Shown one piece after another: positions 1 to 11,635 of a stretch of 38,315 bases of DNA. The DNA lies in the NCBI GenBank assembly GCA_030167865.1, contig JALAGF010003427.1, positions 1 to 38,315 on the forward strand. Reading direction: 5' to 3'. This DNA comes from Craspedostauros australis (lineage: Eukaryota). How positions within the stretch are numbered: position 1 is the stretch's first letter; every line of letters starts with the position of its first letter. The position numbers and the translations under genes were made by a program. Under the pieces are notes generated by a model. That model ran no database searches. It saw only the letters and a list, made by a program, of their open reading frames with translations, and was not told the DNA's origin.

Positions 1-605
1 ACATTGATGTCCACTCCACATGATCCAACGAGGTACTCCACAACATCCAAGTGTCCATGAAGACACGCAGCATGGAGGGCATTCTCACCCTTCTTATCTT
101 GCACGAAAGCGCTTGCAGAATATGACTCGATCAGAGTCTTCACGATGGCCACATGTCCCTTGGTACATGCGTCGTGGAGTGCCACCTTGCCGGAGTTGTC
201 CTGGAGGTTGGCATCTGAAGAATGCGACCCAGCTAGGTATTCCACGACATCGAGGTTGCCCTGTGCGCATGCATAGTGTAGCGCAGTCTCTCCATTCATG
301 GATTGGGCATTGACGTCCGCTCCACATGACTCCACCAACTGTTTGATCGTTTCAAGTTGGCTGTTGGAGCATGCGAGGTGGAGTGGAGTCTTGTCGCGGC
401 TATCCTTGATCGTGTCGATGGAGGTTTGTGGAAATGCCGTCTTCCACGCAGTGAGGGTGTCCACATCTCCCTGTTCTGCGGCGCGAAGGAGATCCTGGTT
501 GGTGACGGTCGGGTTGGATGCATCACCAGGAGTCGACTTGAGCGGAATGAGAGACGGTGAGGCTGTGGATAGTGATGTCCGGACTTGGTGGTTGTGGTTG
601 CGCAT
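1..605 (-). CDS. Ankyrin-repeat protein, 5' part; runs off the left edge of the window
   Basis: Manual translation of the minus frame, open from 689 to the window edge: ...LLRAAEQGDVDTL...DSRDKTPLHLACSNSQLETIKQLVESCGADVNAQSMNGETALHYACAQGNLDVVEYLAGSHSSDANLQDNSGKVALHDACTKGHVAIVKTLIESYSASAFVQDKKGENALHAACLHGHLDVVEYLVGSCGVDIN. This gives at least four canonical ankyrin units. The first in-frame ATG is at 605 and an upstream exon is possible. It is missing from the ORF track because it has no stop inside the window. Confidence 0.88.
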   Translation of the reverse strand, partial: MRNHNHQVRTSLSTASPSLIPLKSTPGDASNPTVTNQDLLRAAEQGDVDTLTAWKTAFPQTSIDTIKDSRDKTPLHLACSNSQLETIKQLVESCGADVNAQSMNGETALHYACAQGNLDVVEYLAGSHSSDANLQDNSGKVALHDACTKGHVAIVKTLIESYSASAFVQDKKGENALHAACLHGHLDVVEYLVGSCGVDIN

Positions 606-942
606 TGGTGAGGCGAAGAGCGTAAGGAGGCGTGGAAGGATGAAGACCTTGCTGGAGCAGGTGTGTTTCGTGATGGAACGGCTTGTTGCTCAGATGTGAT
701 CAATGCGACGGGCTTTTCATGTGATTTGAATGATTGTTTGGATGATCGTGGTCGCTTGCTCGCATCTGTGTCTGCTTTTTATGAGGCTGGTGGTCTTCTT
801 CATTATCGTTGGTGGTGGTGTCCATTGTTCTGTTTCACGCGGCGTGCATGGCATTGCGTTGATTGCTGTTTCACGATGTTTCTCATTTCATGTTGTTGCC
901 ACGGTACCGCTCGGTGATTGTCCCATCAACTTTGGCGTCAGC

Positions 943-1023
943 ATGAACGTAGTCTTGAACATTGACTTGGTCGTGAACGTGATCTTGAGCGTGAACTTGA
1001 ACATACTCTTGAACGTGATCGTG
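943..1023. repeat. Degenerate 6/12-nt periodic tandem repeat (TTGAACGTGATC-like)
   Basis: Sequence tgaacgtagtcttgaacattgacttggtcgtgaacgtgatcttgagcgtgaacttgaacatactcttgaacgtgatcgtg; reads HDHVQEYVQVHAQDHVHDQVNVQDYVH in one minus frame. Confidence 0.6.
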
Positions 1024-2569
1024 GCCAGCCACAGAAGGAGAAGTTGATCGTGGGCGCAGGCGTCGGAAGTCATCATTGTACCAACATCCTTGGAACGTGG
1101 AGACGACCGAGGATCCTGCGAGCGTGGAATGGCGCAAAGCGTCGGAGTCAACATGAGTGGGGGATGCTCTTGCTCTTGCTCTTGCTTTGTCTCTCTCTCT
1201 CTCTCCCAGGCCCTGGTTCCTTTTGACCTTGCGGTCTTCCGCAGCGGTACCGTGTGAGGGCACCATGATTGTTGGTATCTCCTTTGTCGTGCTTTCGTGT
1301 TTGTTCGCCTCTTGATCTTCGCGGAAACAATTGAGTCCAACTAGTCCATGTTCGCCAAGCGACAAGGTCCTTCGCTTTTCGGCGAATCAGAGACAAACGC
1401 TCATCTTGCGCCACACCCGAATCAGCGCAACGCAGCCTCCACGCCGGCTTCATTGAGGCCACGGCGATGATGCATCAACCATCATCATCACATGACCACA
1501 CCAGCGTGTCGCCTCCAGTCTCATCTGGTGCGCATCGTTGAAGCATGATTGATGATCGGATGACTTGAATGGTCGCCGTGCCAACAACGGGACTGATACA
1601 TAATACCATCAAGTGTGGAGGCAAAGAGTTCAAGAACGACGTCATGTGGTAGTACTCGTCGCATCTATCTCCGCTTCTGCGTGTATAGTATGGTGATTGT
1701 CACCTCATCAGAGTGCTGGCATTCTGCTTGGGCTGGCAGGACAAGACATCCTGGAAGCCACGAGGACAGAATGTGGGAAAGACACTGCCATTCGCAATTC
1801 CCCGCCTCACGTGCGCAGGCATGGTGGATGAGCTGAGCACCATCAACGCTCGCACTTCAGAGGCAGATCTTCCGGACTCACCAGGTCCAAGTGCGAAACA
1901 GTCCCGTCAGTTTCCACTGATCGGTCGAAATCGAGCAACAGCAGCAACATGTTGTGCAACTCCTGATTGAGCGGACTGGCGATGGCATCGTCGATGATGG
2001 ATCCAAAAGGCGATGATTGAGGACGCCCACGCTTGGTATTGCTGCAGCTGCGAGAGACGTTATGAACCCTCGTGCCGCTGATCCGCAAGCTCTCAGAGAT
2101 GTCGCCGACAAACAGCCGTGGAGTTGCTGCGTCGTGCCATCCCACAGCAGTGGAGAGCGCGATCTCATCATGCAGCAAGGGCACACACAACGCTGCACAT
2201 ATAGTAGATGTGGGAATAGAGTGGAGTATGGCATTCCTTCCATCTTTTCTTCGTCTGGTTTCCATTGTCGTGTGCACAAGCAACAAACTGCAGCCTCTGT
2301 TGCGCTCTACCATACTCAGCGAGTACAATTTGAGATGACACAACAGCGCCATGATGATAGCATCAGCTCTACAGCGTACTCCTTGTATAATATTTGATTG
2401 CACTCCAAGGCGTGTCTCGAAGAGCAGTCGAATTGCAAGACCATGTGCCAGTACCACCACTACTACTGCTTCTGTTGGTTGTTGTAGAGGGTCCGACTGG
2501 GGTAAACTCATGACAATAGTTGAAGCTGGAATTGTTGGGGTTGAGTTTGCTGGTTATCCGCTTTTAGTC

Positions 2570-2935
2570 TTATGCCTTGACAGCGAACTTGATGGGTGGG
2601 TTGGCCTTCTCCTTCTTCTGCTGCTTCTCCGTCTTGACGCTTCTCTGGGCATCGGTGAGGGCGCGGCGCATGGCTCTGGTCTTCTTGATTCGCAGATCCT
2701 TTGGCACGTACTTGTCGTTGGCTGTGGCCTTGCGGAGTCCGATCTTCTGCTGCTGGTTGTGGACGGTGAGGACGCGGGCGATGGATTTTCGGACCGACTT
2801 GATCTTGGCGATCTTGCTGGCGGCACCATCGGTGACCTGCGCGACACGCAGACCAGCCAATTCCTGTCGCAGCTCAGAGAGCTTCTTGAGCAGGTCCTCC
2901 TTGGACAGATCTCTCAATTCGTGTGCCTTGACCAT
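2570..2935 (-). CDS. RPL35: 60S ribosomal protein L35 (uL29), intronless, 121 aa
   Basis: [58 protein letters not shown]...[17 protein letters not shown]...KFAVKA matches the eukaryotic L35 pattern over its whole length. Confidence 0.97.
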   Translation of the reverse strand: MVKAHELRDLSKEDLLKKLSELRQELAGLRVAQVTDGAASKIAKIKSVRKSIARVLTVHNQQQKIGLRKATANDKYVPKDLRIKKTRAMRRALTDAQRSVKTEKQQKKEKANPPIKFAVKA

Positions 2936-4257
2936 TTTGTGATATGTTGGTGGTTCTGTGTTTGTATTTCAACGTTGTTGATGTCAATGTCTGAAGTGGT
3001 GTTGGAGTGGGGAGACGGAGCAGAAAGGGCAAGGTTGAAGGCAAAACGGGGGCTGTCGCGATGAGTTCATCTGATTGTGTTCAACATCATGGTTGTGATG
3101 GCTGTTGCTGCGTTTGGTGGGTGGCATGGTACGGTGATGCCTTGGCTTCTTTCTTTGGTTCATTCCGTTCTGCATACCAAATGGCCGGTGATCCGCGGGA
3201 AAGATTGCGTGGACCGAATCGCAGCCGCATCCCTCCTTCATGGCCACCAACATCGTCGCATCCGTTTGCATCAGCGTTGATGCCACGCCATGACAACGAC
3301 CGTCGTCTTGAACGACCGCCACACCATGATCCACCCAACTTCCGTTCCACCCGGCCGATTGACACCGCGTTTTCGTCATTCATCCCGCAGCAAGCACCAC
3401 TCTCCGCACGCATGCTCCGCATGTCATCTCCATCGTCATCGTCGCCGCAAGCATCGTTCCCACATCGTCCCATCTTGCTCCACACACACCTCGAGAACGG
3501 CAGATGTCCTTTTCGTCGTTGGCTGGGTCTCATTGCCGACAACCGCAAAGCCGACTCTCGAAACTGTTGTTGCATCCTGCAAGTCTGTCCGTCAATCCGT
3601 CTTCCAAGTAAAAAGGTAACGAGCATTCGAAACGGGACTCGTCGATTCCCACTACGAGAAACAATAGGGACTATATCATTCCTTTTGGAGAAGGCACGAC
3701 CGGCGCGCACACTGCGACACGGAGGCTGTTTCATGAATGGTTTTGACACCACGATGATGGCTGGGCCTTCTGTATTTGTTCTGCAAACCGTCAGCTGTCG
3801 CCATGTCTGTTCTCGTTTGACGTTCTGATGTTTTCTGCGCTGGCGATGGTGAGGTCTTTTCGTATTTTTGAACCGCTTCGTTGTGTGGTGGGAGGTTTGC
3901 GTGGCGAACATGGCATCTGTCTTGGGTGATGTCGCCATCACGAATGACAACAAGCTCAAAGGCGAGATGAGAGAAAGAGCGCAATTGCAAACAACAACGT
4001 AAGAGAGGAAGCAAGCATTGAGGAGGAAGCCTCCATTGCCCGACAGCCACCAACACCAATACTCGTAGTAGTACGATCCAGTGCACCCCAGGGAGGAAGG
4101 AGCAATCCATCGAAGCAACTCAAGCAGCAGCATCATCATCATTCCGCGCAACAATCAGCACAATCAAGAGAACTGAGCTGAGCGATCCTGGAACAAGAGA
4201 AGTCATCAAGAGATCATCGCAGACATCATTCTGAACGGCTGAGGAACAGCGGGATCC

Positions 4258-6414
4258 ATGAAAACAAGAAGACCAATGGGGACAGCAAGAGCAACAGAAG
4301 CAAGGCCAATTGCAGGAAAGAGAAGAATGGCTGCGCAGGGAGCTTCCGGATGCCGCATCGGCTGGGTTGCAATTGTTCTGTGCGTGTCAATGTCCACATC
4401 GATGCTGAAGGCATCATCGTCCACCATGGTGGCTGCATTCTCAGCCCATTCTCTGTCCAAGCCGTGGGACGGTCAGGAACAGCAGCAGCCGCAGCAGCAG
4501 CAATCGAAAGATCCGCACTCTTCTTTGTCGGCCCATCTCTCTGCCGTGCAGGGCGGCGATGCGGATGGAGGCGATTTGTCCAGCAACAATGCAACATCGA
4601 CCGCAGCATCCACGGGCGATGGCGTCAGCCACCAGATGGAGGGTGTCATGATGAATGACACGTCCGCAGTTCGCGAACCTGCGCAGCTTTCCAGCGTCAA
4701 GATCTCCATCTCTCAACAACAATATCAACAACAGCAACAACAACAACAACAGCAACAGGAAGAACTACTGCGACAGCAGCAGGAACTGGAGCAGCATGAT
4801 GACGACCACCAATACAGACTCGGTCTCCATGGTGCGGCAGCGGGAACAGATGCTTCTATCCATCATTCAGAACCCAATCCCTTTCCGATTCCACTTCATC
4901 AGGATGGCCTTGAACAATGCGATGCACCACAACATGTCAAACAGCCATTGCCCGATGCGATTGCATCGCCTGTGAACACAATTGTGGAGCCCACGCAACA
5001 TGCGGAGACGAAACGTGAAGGAGCTTCGCCAATGTGCACTTCTCATTCAGATGAAGACGCGCTGCACGTTCTGGGAAAGACACACGGAACAAATGTCGAT
5101 CTCCACCAATCGCATTCGGAGCCTGCGTCGCAGCTTTCACCACCGGCGTCAACGTCATTGGCGGCAAAACCTGTTACCGCAGCATCCACGATTGCGCCAA
5201 TGCCACCTTCCGCTTCTGCCAACAGTGCAGCATCCAACAAAATCACGAGCACCGGTGTCAAACAGATTCCATCGCCCGCATCAACGCCATCCCTCTTGTC
5301 ATCTTCGTCGTCACCCAGAGCACTCAACACACCAACAAACGTTGCATCCAGGACGAACGGAACGCCGGTTGTGACACCAGCATCATCCACCTCGGTACCT
5401 GCGCCACCCACAACAGCGGCAGCGCCGCCATCCCAACAGGCAACCATCAGAAGCTGCCTCCCTGATCTGCTCCACATGACGCGCCCAGTCAATGACCCCG
5501 GCGTCGTCCTCTTCCACCTCATCGGCGTATGGCTGGCTGTGCAAAGCCTTCCAGGTTCCAGCGCCGCAACTTTCTGGACCGCCATCTCTCGTCCGTCCAT
5601 GATGGTGGTCCTGCTGGCCTTGCTACTCACGTCCTCCACCAGCATGCTGGTCAATGACTACTACGACACCAAGCTGGGAAACGACTCGCACAAGCATTAC
5701 CAGCCCCTCAAGGACCACAAAGTTCCCATGATCGTCGCGAAGCGATTCCTCAGCGTCCTCTACGCCGCGGCTCTATTCTGCACGACCATCGTGCCAGGGA
5801 TACCGGCGCGACTTACTGTCATGACCGGCCTCGTCCTCACCTTCTGGTACACGCAACACCTCAAGCCAAGAACCTGGCTCAAGAACTGTGTCTGCGCCAG
5901 CCTCATCGCACTGGCACCGCTCACCAGCGGCATGGCGACATTATCCCTGCTCAGATCAGGAACGCCCATTCAACTGGGACCATTGGCGCCGTTGCTCCGC
6001 CTTGTCTGCCTGCTCTTCGTGGGGATCATGGGACGTGAAATCAGCATGGACCTCAACGATAGGATCGAGGACAAGCACCATGGAGTGTGGACGGTGCCCG
6101 TCGTCCACGGACCCAAATTCGCCACCAGAGTCAGCTTCGCATGTTCTCTTGCTGTCTCTGCGCTGGCCATGGCGGGGCCAGCGCGCTCCGTCCTCACCGG
6201 CGTGCTCAACATGATATCAGCATCAGCCACGGCGAATGCAGCCATCTCGTGGGCCATCCTACGTCGTTTCAGTCTGGCAATGGTTGGCAGTCTCATGCAG
6301 CTGCGTCGATCCTACCAAGTCCTTCAAGTGGAGGGCCGGGACAAGGACGTCGTCAACAAGGCCGTCGAAGAAGGTCTCATCTCCGTTGTGCTCTTGCTGG
6401 CGAGCTTCGTATGA
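4258..6414 (+). CDS. UbiA-superfamily membrane prenyltransferase (DGGGP-synthase-like) with a long low-complexity N-terminus; start may be 4327
   Basis: The C-terminal ~310 aa carry multiple hydrophobic helices, the first Asp-rich motif SMLVNDYYDTKLGND, WYTQHLKPRTWLKN, and the second motif GREISMDLNDRIEDKHHGVWTVPVVHG. The N-terminus has a hydrophobic stretch (WVAIVLCVSM) followed by VAAFSAH, then poly-Q and S/T/P/A-rich sequence. Confidence 0.85.
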   Translation: MKTRRPMGTARATEARPIAGKRRMAAQGASGCRIGWVAIVLCVSMSTSMLKASSSTMVAAFSAHSLSKPWDGQEQQQPQQQQSKDPHSSLSAHLSAVQGGDADGGDLSSNNATSTAASTGDGVSHQMEGVMMNDTSAVREPAQLSSVKISISQQQYQQQQQQQQQQQEELLRQQQELEQHDDDHQYRLGLHGAAAGTDASIHHSEPNPFPIPLHQDGLEQCDAPQHVKQPLPDAIASPVNTIVEPTQHAETKREGASPMCTSHSDEDALHVLGKTHGTNVDLHQSHSEPASQLSPPASTSLAAKPVTAASTIAPMPPSASANSAASNKITSTGVKQIPSPASTPSLLSSSSSPRALNTPTNVASRTNGTPVVTPASSTSVPAPPTTAAAPPSQQATIRSCLPDLLHMTRPVNDPGVVLFHLIGVWLAVQSLPGSSAATFWTAISRPSMMVVLLALLLTSSTSMLVNDYYDTKLGNDSHKHYQPLKDHKVPMIVAKRFLSVLYAAALFCTTIVPGIPARLTVMTGLVLTFWYTQHLKPRTWLKNCVCASLIALAPLTSGMATLSLLRSGTPIQLGPLAPLLRLVCLLFVGIMGREISMDLNDRIEDKHHGVWTVPVVHGPKFATRVSFACSLAVSALAMAGPARSVLTGVLNMISASATANAAISWAILRRFSLAMVGSLMQLRRSYQVLQVEGRDKDVVNKAVEEGLISVVLLLASFV
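4714..4757 (+). repeat. CAA/CAG trinucleotide tract encoding poly-Q in the UbiA-like gene
   Basis: caacaacaatatcaacaacagcaacaacaacaacaacagcaacag encodes QQQYQQQQQQQQQQQ. Confidence 0.85.
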
Positions 6415-7374
6415 TGACGTTTCCATACTAACCATACTTTACCACTACGAGTACGGACACTCACCTCAATCAAGCAGTACTCGGAGAGAACAAACACGGA
6501 TGACTCATCGGGACGATGGACAGCCTGGTGTGTCTCCAGTCTGCCCGCATACTGCAAATACACAACCAAGCAACGGTTCGCGTGCACATACAAGCGCCAC
6601 GGCAGAGGCGCGCACTTGGCAGTCGCTCAGATGGACTGCCGTGGCGATGAACGCATCCCGGCGACTGCATGCAGACCGCGCAAAGGAAGGCATCCAATGC
6701 GCGCAACAGTTGCAAAGCCACGCCCCTCCAAGGCAAGACGGCATCTTGCGGCTGGGATGTCTCATTGAGTATGCACAACTTATATGCGTGCTGTACGCGA
6801 GACAGCCGAAGGGCCAGACAACGTGCAGGGTTGGAAAATGGCAAACCAACAGGCACTCGCAGCCAAGTGGCAGTTTAGCGTGATGATGATCACAGCATGA
6901 CGAGTGCAATACCATACATTACATGACATATTAGTAGACAAGAAAGCACTCTGAAATGTTCGCCGTCCTCGTCTATGCATACCACTGCGGCTTGGTGGTG
7001 TTGCTTCGACACGGCTTGGGATGAACTGGAGCGTGGACACTCCGACAGCCAGGTTTCGGAACGTGTTTGTGTTTGTTTTTCCACGATCGCTCCCAACGGA
7101 ATGCTTCATCGTGGAAAAGGCGGCTTCAACGTTGCACCGAGAGTTGTGAGACACTGTATGTGTTGCGTACGAGTATGTGTGGTACGAACAAGTTGATGAT
7201 GGCTAAGATTAGTGTTTACGAGTACGTTGCTGTGCACAGAGCGCTAGATCAGTGGGACTCAAATAATGTCGAGTATGTTCCACCACGGGGTTTTGATTGC
7301 ATCGCATGCCACGTCCTGATGATGACGATGATGGAGTTTGCCCATGCCCATGCCGGGGCTCCCTCAACGAGCTC

Positions 7375-10300
7375 TCACGCCCTGAACAATGCTGGATGCA
7401 TGTCGCTCACGTAGAAGAATGTCCGAAGGAGATCGGATTCCATTGCTGACACACCACACGCATCCGAACAAAACACCGAGTCGAAACGATGCCGATTGGG
7501 ACAGCCTGAACGTGCGCACGGCCCACCCTTTGGCTTGGTGTCTCCCTCCTTGCCGTTCTCATCCGACTTCTCCTGCGGGATGTCTTTCGCACCATCGTCT
7601 GGATGATTCGGTGGTAGGTTCTCGTCAACGGTAACGTCGACGTCAATGTCGACGTCAATATCAATACCACCACCAGTATTGATATCAACAGTCCCATCGA
7701 CATCGACGTCGACATCAGCATCCATTGCACTTGGATTTGTGGTTGTAGTTGTACTTGTACTTGTGACGTTGTCTGATATGTCGGATAAACAGCTGTCCTT
7801 GCTCTCCGCCTGTTGCTTTTCTTTTGTGCCGTTGCCATTCGTCAGTTCGGGCTTGGTGCTGTCACCCTCACCGTTGCCATCATTCTCATCGTCATTCGCA
7901 ACGCCCGTTTTAAACTGCTCATTGGCATTGACGCCGCTGTCGTTTTCGTTCTCGTTTGCGGAGGCTTGTTCAGCGATGCCATCGTCACCATCGTCGATTT
8001 CCCCCTTCTTACCTTTACCAGCACCGTCAGCATCATTCTTAACATCATTACCAGCACCGTCGCTATCAGCATCGTCATCATCACTGCTGTCCTCGCCATC
8101 ATCCTCTTCGGGATCGAAGATGTTCTTCATCGATTTCTCGAATCCAACTGGACGATCGCGTTGCGAGTCTTCCAGGAGGAAGAGCATCATGTTGTGACGA
8201 TCCGTGTGGCCCTCAGCGTCCTCCACGGACACCAGCAACCGTTCCAGCTCCTTCGTCCTCACTTTCGTCCGATCCCTTCCCTTGGTGTTGTAGTTGCGGC
8301 CAAGCCGGGTAGCCATGTCCGCCCATTGCTTCTCTGCCTTGTCATGACGGGAATGCACGCTGCGTGTGTGACCGCCGATGTGAGTCGCTGAGACGCTTCC
8401 CAACGGCCACTTGTAGGTCCCACCGTGCTTGGAGAAGGACGCTTGCCGCATGGTGGCAGACGTCGCCAGGGCGCGCCGCAGTTGTTCGGTCCGCTGCTTG
8501 TCGATCCTCGCACGTCCGCTCGAGTGTTCGCGCAGGATTGGTTCCTCCTCGTGACAACGGTCGCAGATAATCGTCAGCGGTGTGCTGATACATTCACGCA
8601 CAGAGAAGGGCTTGTAATGGCCACCGCATTCGGCATGACGCCAGGTTCCGCACTGCGAGCAGCACACCATCATGTTGTTGGGGTAGAGCTCCGTCACCTG
8701 AAAGCAATGCACATGTTCCGGCGCGACCACACTCTTCCGTTTGTTCATGAGCATTCGATGGACTCGGCAAGGTGGCACCTTCTCGAGAACGCCCGGTTCG
8801 GCCTCCGTGGCGAACTTTTCGCGAATGCGCGGCATGTTGGCGCGGAATTGTGAATTGGGGGCAGGCTTGAACTGAGGATCATCTTCGAAGTCATCCTCAT
8901 CTACCGTCCGTCCACTGGCCTTCCTTTCCTTCCGGATGCTGCTGATGGATGGCCACCACGGATCGATTTGGTACGGATAATCCACGGTCGGCACCTCCGG
9001 CCTCTTCGATGCACCGTCCAACGACGAGCCTTTGCCGTTCTTCGAGGATAACTTGCGACGTGACTTGCGTGATTTGCTTGGGTCGAGAATAAATGCTCCT
9101 CGCTGGAATTCCTCCGGCGACAACGGCAACTCGGGTTCTTCCGGCAGCTGAGGCAGGACAGATTGCATGCCGGCCAAGTTGATCGTTTCACCTCTCTCCG
9201 TCGCAATCTGAATCCCCTGCTCCACAGCATCGCAATCATTGTCGATGCCGTTGTCCGTGTCTGATTCCATATCAGCTTCGGCCGCGACTTCCCTTTCGCC
9301 TTCGCCTTCGGTTTCACCCTCGCTTTGTTCAGACTCTTCCCACTCAACGTTGGCCTTCATGTCGATGAGCGTCGTCGCAGCATCGTCAAACTGTTCCATG
9401 GCTTTCGTGGCCGCCAACAGGTTCAACATGGACTTGTCTTGCTGTGAGGTTGCAGCTGCTGTGCCAGCTTGGGTCTCAGCAGGACCATCACCGTCTTCGG
9501 TGCCTGCACCTTGATGCTGCGGTTGCGTCTTCACGCCATTCGCATCGCCCTCGCCCGTATGACCTTCGTCCTCAACGTCCATCGCCGCTCTGCTGCTTTC
9601 TTTGGTCGGCATCGAAGCCGTGGCTAGATCAAGCAGCGCTTCAACCTGGGCCGGCGCATCGACCATGACGCTTGTTGATCCGGTACTTGCTGCAGTGATG
9701 TTGCCAATAGCGTCAGAGAGGGTGTCGGGACTGGCGTTATCTTCCGCAGCATCTTCATACTGCGGCTGCGTATCCAACGACACGGGCTTCGTCGCTTTGC
9801 CGTTGCCATCATCGTTGGCGCTTGCTTTAAAACGTTTCGCCGGCGGGCTAGTAATGTTGCCATCGCGTGCACCAGCTTCCGACGCAGTGTGGCTTTCAGC
9901 ATCCTTTGGCTGCGGCGGTGATCTCTTCGCGGACTTGGTCTTTGTCGGTTTGTCCTTGGGTTTGGATGGACTCTGCAATCCAGCCTTGTCTTGACTATCC
10001 CCGCTGGCTCCAGTTCGCTCCGCTTTCTGTCCCTTGGGCGTGGGTTTGGACTTGGTCTTCGTTTCCGATTTTGATTTGGGTGTGCTCGGCGCTGCTTTGC
10101 CGGTTGCCTTCAGTTTTGCTTTTGCTTTGGAGGCTGATTTTGGCGATGACAACGATGACGAAGTGGTTTTCTGCTTCTTCCCCTTCTTCGCCGTCGGTTC
10201 CTTCGATGCTCCGACGCCTGGCTTTGCTGTTGTTAGTTGTTGCGTCGGGATTGGTTGAGAAACCGGCATGGGAGCTGGCGTTGATGCAGGGCCGTTCACG

Positions 10301-11536
10301 GATACTGCGGTCGTCCCAGCAACTGTGATCGCAGGTGCCGCGTCGGGTTGTGCCGGTATCGACGATTGGTTGTCAGGTTCTGTGTTGGCGTCAGCAGCCG
10401 CTGCTGCCTTCTGCGTTGATGGTTGTGCATCCTTCGCGTTGTTGCCATGTGGGAGAGTATTTGCAGTGCCATTTTGCACGGCGCTTGGTGTCGCGGCTGG
10501 ATGCAACGATGACGCTGCTGTTGTTACTGTTGCTGCGGATGGCGCTGATCCCGGTATGGCCGTTGCAATGGGTATGGCAGCAACCGTGGAAGGTACGTCT
10601 GCCGCGGTCCCATTCGCATTGGCGTACGCTGGTACCGCGACTGCGACCGCCACTGGCGGCGATTCGGCGGATTGGACTTCTGCAGTCGGGGTTGCGTCTT
10701 CGTTTGTTGCAGCAGCTTCTGACGAGGATCCATCTGCTGCTGCTGCCTGGTCGGCGGGATGCGTGCCCGGTATTATGGGAGGCAACCCGTAGCGCCTGCG
10801 GCGCATCTCCTCCTGCTGCTGCAGCTGCGCTTGCTCCTGCATCATGATCTGATGGTAGTGCCGTTGCAGATCCGGGATCTCATGCATGTGCTCCCCCACT
10901 GCCTGTATGCGCTGCTGCTCCTGGAGGATGGTGTCATACCGAGCCTGTCCCTGCATCATCATTTGGTGCAGCTGGAGGTCTCTCTGCAGCTCTTGCTGCC
11001 TTTGTTGGAAGATGAGCTCATCGACGTTGAGACTCCCCAGCCCCAGCGCAGCTCTCAACTGCGGATTTTGCAACTGTTGATGTTGAAAGTTGGGGCGATT
11101 CAGTGCAGGAGGAACCATTTGGGAGAGTGCGAGTACGTCGTTAGGTGTTGCAGGTACCGTGCCGTATCATTTGGTGTCACGTGGTGTTATGTTTGTTGTG
11201 GGAGGGAGGCCAAGACACACGGAATGGTTAGAGAAGGAGCGCTCCGATGTCACGAATATTCGTACGAGTACGATGATGCGTATCAGTGCCATGCCATGCC
11301 ATGCCATGCCATGCATAGATCCACTCGTGTCTCTGCAGGCACCGATGCAAGCATCGGCAAGGAGTCGGATGCAGTCGGATGCAGTTGGGTGTTCGGAACA
11401 GGACCGGCAGCGGACAGTCGTGATGCATCTTCGTGAAAGACAAACACACGGAGCAACGCAAGCTTTGGCCACTTACTGGATTGTTGGCATCATGTCCCTG
11501 CTGGCCGTTTCCACCAAAGGGGTACCGCCCATCCAT
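7375..11536 (-). CDS. Large chromatin-type protein with an atypical PHD finger and a C-terminal Spp1/CFP1/DIDO-like Cys motif; model join(11536..11477, 11073..7375), about 1252 aa
   Basis: PHD-like core MMVCCSQCGTWRHAECGG...IICDRCHEE at about 8550-8675. C-terminal CARSGCPNRHRFDSVFCSDACG at about 7450-7520. Q-rich, K-rich and acidic low-complexity regions lie between. Proposed exon 1 (MDGRYPFGGNGQQGHDANNP) ends at a GTAAGT donor at 11476 and joins in phase 0 at CAACAG|TTG (11074/11073). An unspliced start at 11118 is the alternative. Confidence 0.75.
11287..11316. repeat. (TGCCA)5 pentanucleotide microsatellite in the predicted intron
   Basis: tgccatgccatgccatgccatgccatgcat seen directly. Confidence 0.9.
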
Positions 11537-11600
11537 GGTCGATACACAGTGCCTTCCTTGCCTGGGCTAGTTGATTGGTTAGCAGAGCGCGGTGTACGGA

Positions 11601-11635
11601 GTGTAGTGTAGTGTAGTGCGGTGTAGTGCGGTGTA
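11601..11635. repeat. (GTGTA/GTGCG)7 pentanucleotide repeat about 65 nt upstream of the PHD gene start
   Basis: gtgtagtgtagtgtagtgcggtgtagtgcggtgta seen directly. Confidence 0.9.

Noticed and set aside
1843-2511. 222-aa minus-strand ORF downstream of RPL35
   Set aside because: No motifs or coding-style codon bias; it begins within what is probably the RPL35 3' UTR.
3007-4154. Overlapping long ORFs 3087..4154 (-, 355 aa) and 3007..3828 (+, 273 aa) between RPL35 and the UbiA gene
   Set aside because: Non-ATG track starts, no recognisable motifs and an R/S/C-rich composition typical of chance ORFs in a GC-rich divergent intergenic region. A lineage-specific gene cannot be fully excluded.
6880-6954. 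GTGATGA ... CTGA spaced about 75 nt apart, like a C/D-box snoRNA
   Set aside because: TGATGA is very common in this ATG-repeat-rich DNA, there is no convincing terminal stem, and I could not establish a guide of 10 nt or more to rRNA.
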